DNA from: Torpedo marmorata
Lineage: Eukaryota
Length of the DNA stretch: 64,000 nucleotides
Direction: 5' to 3'
NCBI GenBank assembly: GCA_977017645.1
Contig: OZ360223.1
Coordinates: 198,152,001-198,216,000, forward strand
Positions 60,801 through 64,000 of this stretch are shown piece after piece; the first letter of the stretch is position 1, and the number at the start of each line of letters is the position of its first letter. A model generated the notes under the pieces. That model saw nothing but the letters and a program-made list of their open reading frames with translations, ran no database searches and was not told the DNA's origin. A program made the translations under genes and the position numbers.

Positions 60801-62565
60801 GGGGCATGATTAACAATGAAAACTCCCGATATTCCGTGCCCTGTACCACTATATTCGCCACACAACCCCCCCGGATGTCTGTTGTGTGCGTTCCAGACGC
60901 CATGGCCACCCTCTGGCTTACCGGTACAATGGTGAGGCCACAGCGCTGGGCAGTGTCAGGATGGATAAAACTTTCTGTACTGCCTGTGTCGAACAGGCAG
61001 GTGGTCTTATGCCCTTCAACGAGAATGTCCATCATGGATCTGGACAGTTGATGGGGCGCGTTCTGGTCCAGCGTCACGGATGCCAGGGTCGAGACGAAGT
61101 CTTGATCTTGATCCGGTGGCAGCTCCCGTAGCTCGTACGTGTCGCTACGAGGGGGTGGAGCCGGGAGTGCTGGAAGTGCTGCGGTGAGATTATAAAATGG
61201 CCGCGCCGGAAATGTAGAGATCGGATGTGTGGACCAAGATGGCCGCCTCCAGTCCTCACACGAGGTCTCCTCAGGAAGTGACGTCGGGTAAGATGGCCGC
61301 CCCCTCCCGTCGCACGTGGCGCTGCTGGAAAACGGAAGTGCTGCGCGCTGTGATGGCTGCCTCCAGACCTCACACGAGGTCTCCGCCGGAAGTGGAGTCG
61401 AGTAAGATGGCCGCTCCCGTACCTCGCACGTGGCGCTGCTCGGACCCGTGTGCGACTTGGAGCGGCAGACCTTAGCATAGTGGCCTTTCTTGCCACAGCT
61501 AGAACAAGTCGCGTCTCGGGCCGGGCAGCGCTTGCGCGGGTGCTTGTCGAGCCCGCAGAAGTAGCACTTCTCGGGCTCCCGGGTGATAGCGGCAGCGGTT
61601 AACTCACGGGTAGCGGCGGGCTTTCGGGCAGCGGCGGCAGCGGCCAACTCACGGATAGCGTCGGCGGCGGCGAGCGGGTCCCGGTAGACGGCAGCAGCCG
61701 TCGCGTTGCTTGTAGGGCTGACGGTTGGGGCAATCCAAGAAGCAGGCTGCGCCTGCATAGCGTCAGCGTTCTTTAGGGCTGAGTCCAGATTCAGGATGTT
61801 CTGGACAGTCGATTTCAGGGTCAGGTCGGCGTGTTCCAGCAATCGCTGGCGGATGTAGCCCGACCTGATCCCTTTTATGATAGTGTCCCTTGCCAGAATC
61901 TCGGAGTGTTGCTCAGCCATCAGGGCTCGACAGTCACACGCTCGTACCAGGAGCATCACGTCCTGGATATATTCGGAGACCGACTCTCCGGGTCGCTGGT
62001 ACCGCTGCGATATCCGGTGCCTTGCGAAAATCTCGTTCGCAGGCGTCAGGTACAGCGTTCGGAGGGTGAGCAAGGCATCATCAAAAGTCCCACAGTCTCT
62101 GACGGCGCCATACACTCGCTTGCTTACCCTGGACATGAGGATATCGAGTTTCTGCTCGTCGGTAGCCGCTCCGGACGACCTCACGTAGGCTGTGAAGCAG
62201 CGTTGCCACAGTTCGAAATCGCTTGCAGCGTCTTGGGCCAGGGGGTCGATGTCTAGCTTGTCTGGCTTTAACAAATTCTCCATTGATTCGTATTTTGTTG
62301 AAACTGTTAATAAAATTGATATACCTATCAATAACCGACACGAGTCTAGAAGTGCAGGAATTAACAGGCTTTTATTAACAGAATCAAAGCCAGGGCTGAC
62401 TATGCCTTGACCTGATGATCCCTGCTGGATTGTCCCGGAACTGGGGGAGGAGTTGCTGGCTCAAGGCCTTTATTCCAGGTAAAGGGGGAGGGGTCACCGG
62501 GACAGACAGACAGGTCATGGTCATACCTGCCTCAGGCCATAATACATACAAAGTGGTTTACCACA
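57837..62565 (-). mobile_element. Ty3/Gypsy copy D, intact and very recent
   Basis: 249-bp LTRs 57837-58085 and 62317-62565 with one difference seen; TSD AGTCC (57832-57836, 62566-62570); PPT present. Confidence 0.98.
58186..62283 (-). CDS. gag-pol: Single-frame Gag-Pol polyprotein, 1365 aa (2x CCHC, protease, RT, RNase H, integrase; no env, no chromodomain)
   Basis: CYFCGLDKHPRKRC and CSSCGKKGHYAKVC; LFDTGST; YLDD; ESDAS; HPG..CRVC; DFKG..HSDRG..ERENA; C-terminal RRSRRQIRPPAKLDL. Confidence 0.96.
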   Translation of the reverse strand: MENLLKPDKLDIDPLAQDAASDFELWQRCFTAYVRSSGAATDEQKLDILMSRVSKRVYGAVRDCGTFDDALLTLRTLYLTPANEIFARHRISQRYQRPGESVSEYIQDVMLLVRACDCRALMAEQHSEILARDTIIKGIRSGYIRQRLLEHADLTLKSTVQNILNLDSALKNADAMQAQPASWIAPTVSPTSNATAAAVYRDPLAAADAIRELAAAAAARKPAATRELTAAAITREPEKCYFCGLDKHPRKRCPARDATCSSCGKKGHYAKVCRSKSHTGPSSATCEVRERPSYSTPLPAETSCEVWRQPSQRAALPFSSSATCDGRGRPSYPTSLPEETSCEDWRRPSWSTHPISTFPARPFYNLTAALPALPAPPPRSDTYELRELPPDQDQDFVSTLASVTLDQNAPHQLSRSMMDILVEGHKTTCLFDTGSTESFIHPDTAQRCGLTIVPVSQRVAMASGTHTTDIRGGCVANIVVQGTEYREFSLLIMPRLCAPVLLGLDFQSHLRSVTMHYDGPHPPIVVTNPQYLINTPQTTCGLSTLKTQPPPLFANLTPDCKPIATKSRRYSAGDRAFIKAEVQRLLGEGIIAPSNSPWRAQVVVVKNGAKSRMVVDYSQTINRFTQLDAYPLPKIADVVNQIAQYKVFSTIDLKSAYHQLPIRREDRVYTAFEADGRLFHFLRVPFGVTNGVSVFQREMDRIIDQFKLTATFPYLDDITICGHDRQDHDRNLRKFLQAAETLNLTYNKEKCVFGTTRLAILGCVVENGVIGPDPDRMRPLLELPIPVTPKALKRCLGFFSYYAQWVPNYSDKARPLVKSTKFPLAAEAREAFDLIKGDIARAAMHAVDESEPFQVESDASDFALAATLNQAGRPVAFFSRTLQGPEIRHSAVEKEAQAIVEAVRHWRHYLAGKHFTLLTDQRSVAFMFNSQQRGKIKNDKLMRWRIELSTYNYDILYRPGKLNEPPDALSRGSCASAQIDRLYALHNDLCHPGVTRLFHFIKARNLPFSLDEVKTMTSSCRVCAECKPQYYRPDRAQLVKATRPFERLSIDFKGPLPSTNRNVYFLNIIDEYSRFPFAIPCPDTSAASAIKALHQVFTVFGFPSYVHSDRGSAFMSGELRQHLQTRGIATSRTTGYNPRGNGQVERENATVWTATLLSLKAKGWPVARWQEVLPDALHSIRSLLCTATNTTPHERIFSFPRKSTTGTTLPAWLTSPGPVLLRKHLRSSKYEPLVERVQLIHANPQYAFVVLPDGREDTVSIRDLGPAGASEEVPDSGNAGSQLPPPDHPPPSTTLSPSQLYWPLARQEANQPQIHPTVPTPIPQPQPSPRASRIFTRTLIPQPLPSPLALRRSRRQIRPPAKLDL

Positions 62566-64000
62566 AGTCCGCCGCTGTGATCGGCGCAGTACTTGTGGTG
62601 ATGGGGCAGGCGGCGGTGCTGCCTCCTGCCTGATTTGGGGTACCAGCACGTCTGGCGTCAGCAAAACCTCGTGAGTGTATGCCGGTACGGGGGTCTCATT
62701 TAGTGTCTGTTTTGAATTATGTGGTGTCTCCTGTGTGTCTCTCATGGTCAGTGCGGGGATGACAGTGACCATGGAGTGTTCGGGGGCGAGGCACCAGTGC
62801 TCCTGCGGGCGCCAAGTCCCGGATGGAGACCATGTCTTCCCGCCCATCAGGAAAAACCACGTAGGGATCCTGGGGGTTCGCATGTGGTAGTTGAACCCTC
62901 ACATGTTTCCAGAGCATCACTGGCCCTGAGGACGTCAGCCATGCTGGTAGGGTAGTCCCGGTGGCCGACTTCCTGTGGAAAGAAAAGAGTCTCTCATGAG
63001 GGGTGGCATTGGTGGATGTTCATAGCAGGGAGTGGATGGAGTGGAGTGCCTCGAGAAGGACTTCTTGCCAGCGGGAGACTGATAATCCCTTAGACCTGAG
63101 GGCTAACAGTGTGGCCTTCCAGACCGTGGCGTTCTCCCTCTCCACTTGTCCATTCCCCCGGGGGTTATAGCTCGTGGTCCTGCTAGTCGCGATACCCCTG
63201 GCCAGCAGGTATTGGCACAGCTCGTCACTCATAAACGAGGACCCTCGGTCACTATGGATATAGCAGGGGTATCCAAACAATGTGAAGAGTTTGCGGAGGG
63301 CTTTTATGACCGAGGTGATCGTGGCATCGGGGCAGGGAATAGTGAAAGGGAACCACGAGTACTCGTCAATGACGTTGAGAAAGTACACATTACGGTCGGT
63401 GGAGGGGAGGGGGCCCTTAAAGTCGACGTTCAGTCGTTCAAATGGGCGGGTTGCTTTTATCAATTGTGCCTTGTCAGGTTGGTAGAAGTGCGGTTTGCAC
63501 TCCACGCAGACTTGGCAGTCCCCGGTCATCGTCCTGACCTCTTCAAGGGAGTACGGCAGGTTTCGGGCTTTCACAAAGTGGAAAAGCCGGGTGACTCTGG
63601 GGTGGCAGAGGTCGCAGTGGAGGGCATATAACCGGTCGATCTGTGCGCTGGCGCACGTCCCCTGGGATAGGGCATCAGAGAGCTCGGTGAGCTTCCCGGG
63701 CCGGTACATGATATCATAGTTGTAGGTGGAGAGTTCGATTCTCCACCTCAGGATTTTATCATTTTTGATCTTACCCTGCTGCTGGTTGCTGAACATAAAT
63801 GCGATTGAGCGCTGGTCAGTCAGCAGGGTAAACCTTGTGCTGGCAAGATAGTGCCTCCAGTGCCTGATAGCTTCCACTATGGCCTGGGTCTCTTTCTCCA
63901 CCGCTGAGTGCCGAATTTCCGGGCCTTGAATGGTATGGGAGAAAAACGCCACTGGTCTTCCCGCCTGGTTGAGGATAGCAGCCAGTGCGAAGTCGGACGC

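Larger units (their letters stand above)
57495..64000 (-). mobile_element. Ty3/Gypsy copy E (same subfamily as A), interrupted by copy D and running off the window
   Basis: 3' LTR 57495-57728 matches the LTRs of A; internal pieces 57729-57836 and 62566-64000; RNase H-integrase ORF 63020-63952. Confidence 0.95.

Noticed and set aside
58265-62410. Many antisense and alternate-frame ORFs over the Gypsy copies
   Set aside because: Expected shadows of GC-rich coding sequence; no recognisable domains.

Overview
Repeat-saturated vertebrate DNA, most likely from a cartilaginous fish (inferred from HE1-like V-SINEs and CR1 LINEs), and probably intronic or intergenic. I recognised no host gene. The window holds: five copies, in four LTR subfamilies, of one Ty3/Gypsy lineage, one of them fully intact and nested in another; a fragment of a second Gypsy lineage; a solo LTR; CR1, Rex1/Babar-like and L1-clade LINEs; a Penelope-like element with inverted pseudo-LTRs and hammerhead-like motifs; an intact DD35D pogo transposon, a decayed relative and a MITE; V-SINEs; and a 5S-rRNA-derived SINE. 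The strongest unexplained signal is in the Gypsy lineage. It has no tRNA primer-binding site. Instead the 12-14 nt just inside the 5' LTR are complementary to the LTR's own AATAAAA region, with matched changes on both arms in all four subfamilies, pointing to self-priming and/or poly(A)-signal occlusion. The same elements have a conserved hairpin over the PPT and YY1/ETS-like motif arrays in the gag-protease linker. Coordinates were read by eye; ends of old repeats are approximate.
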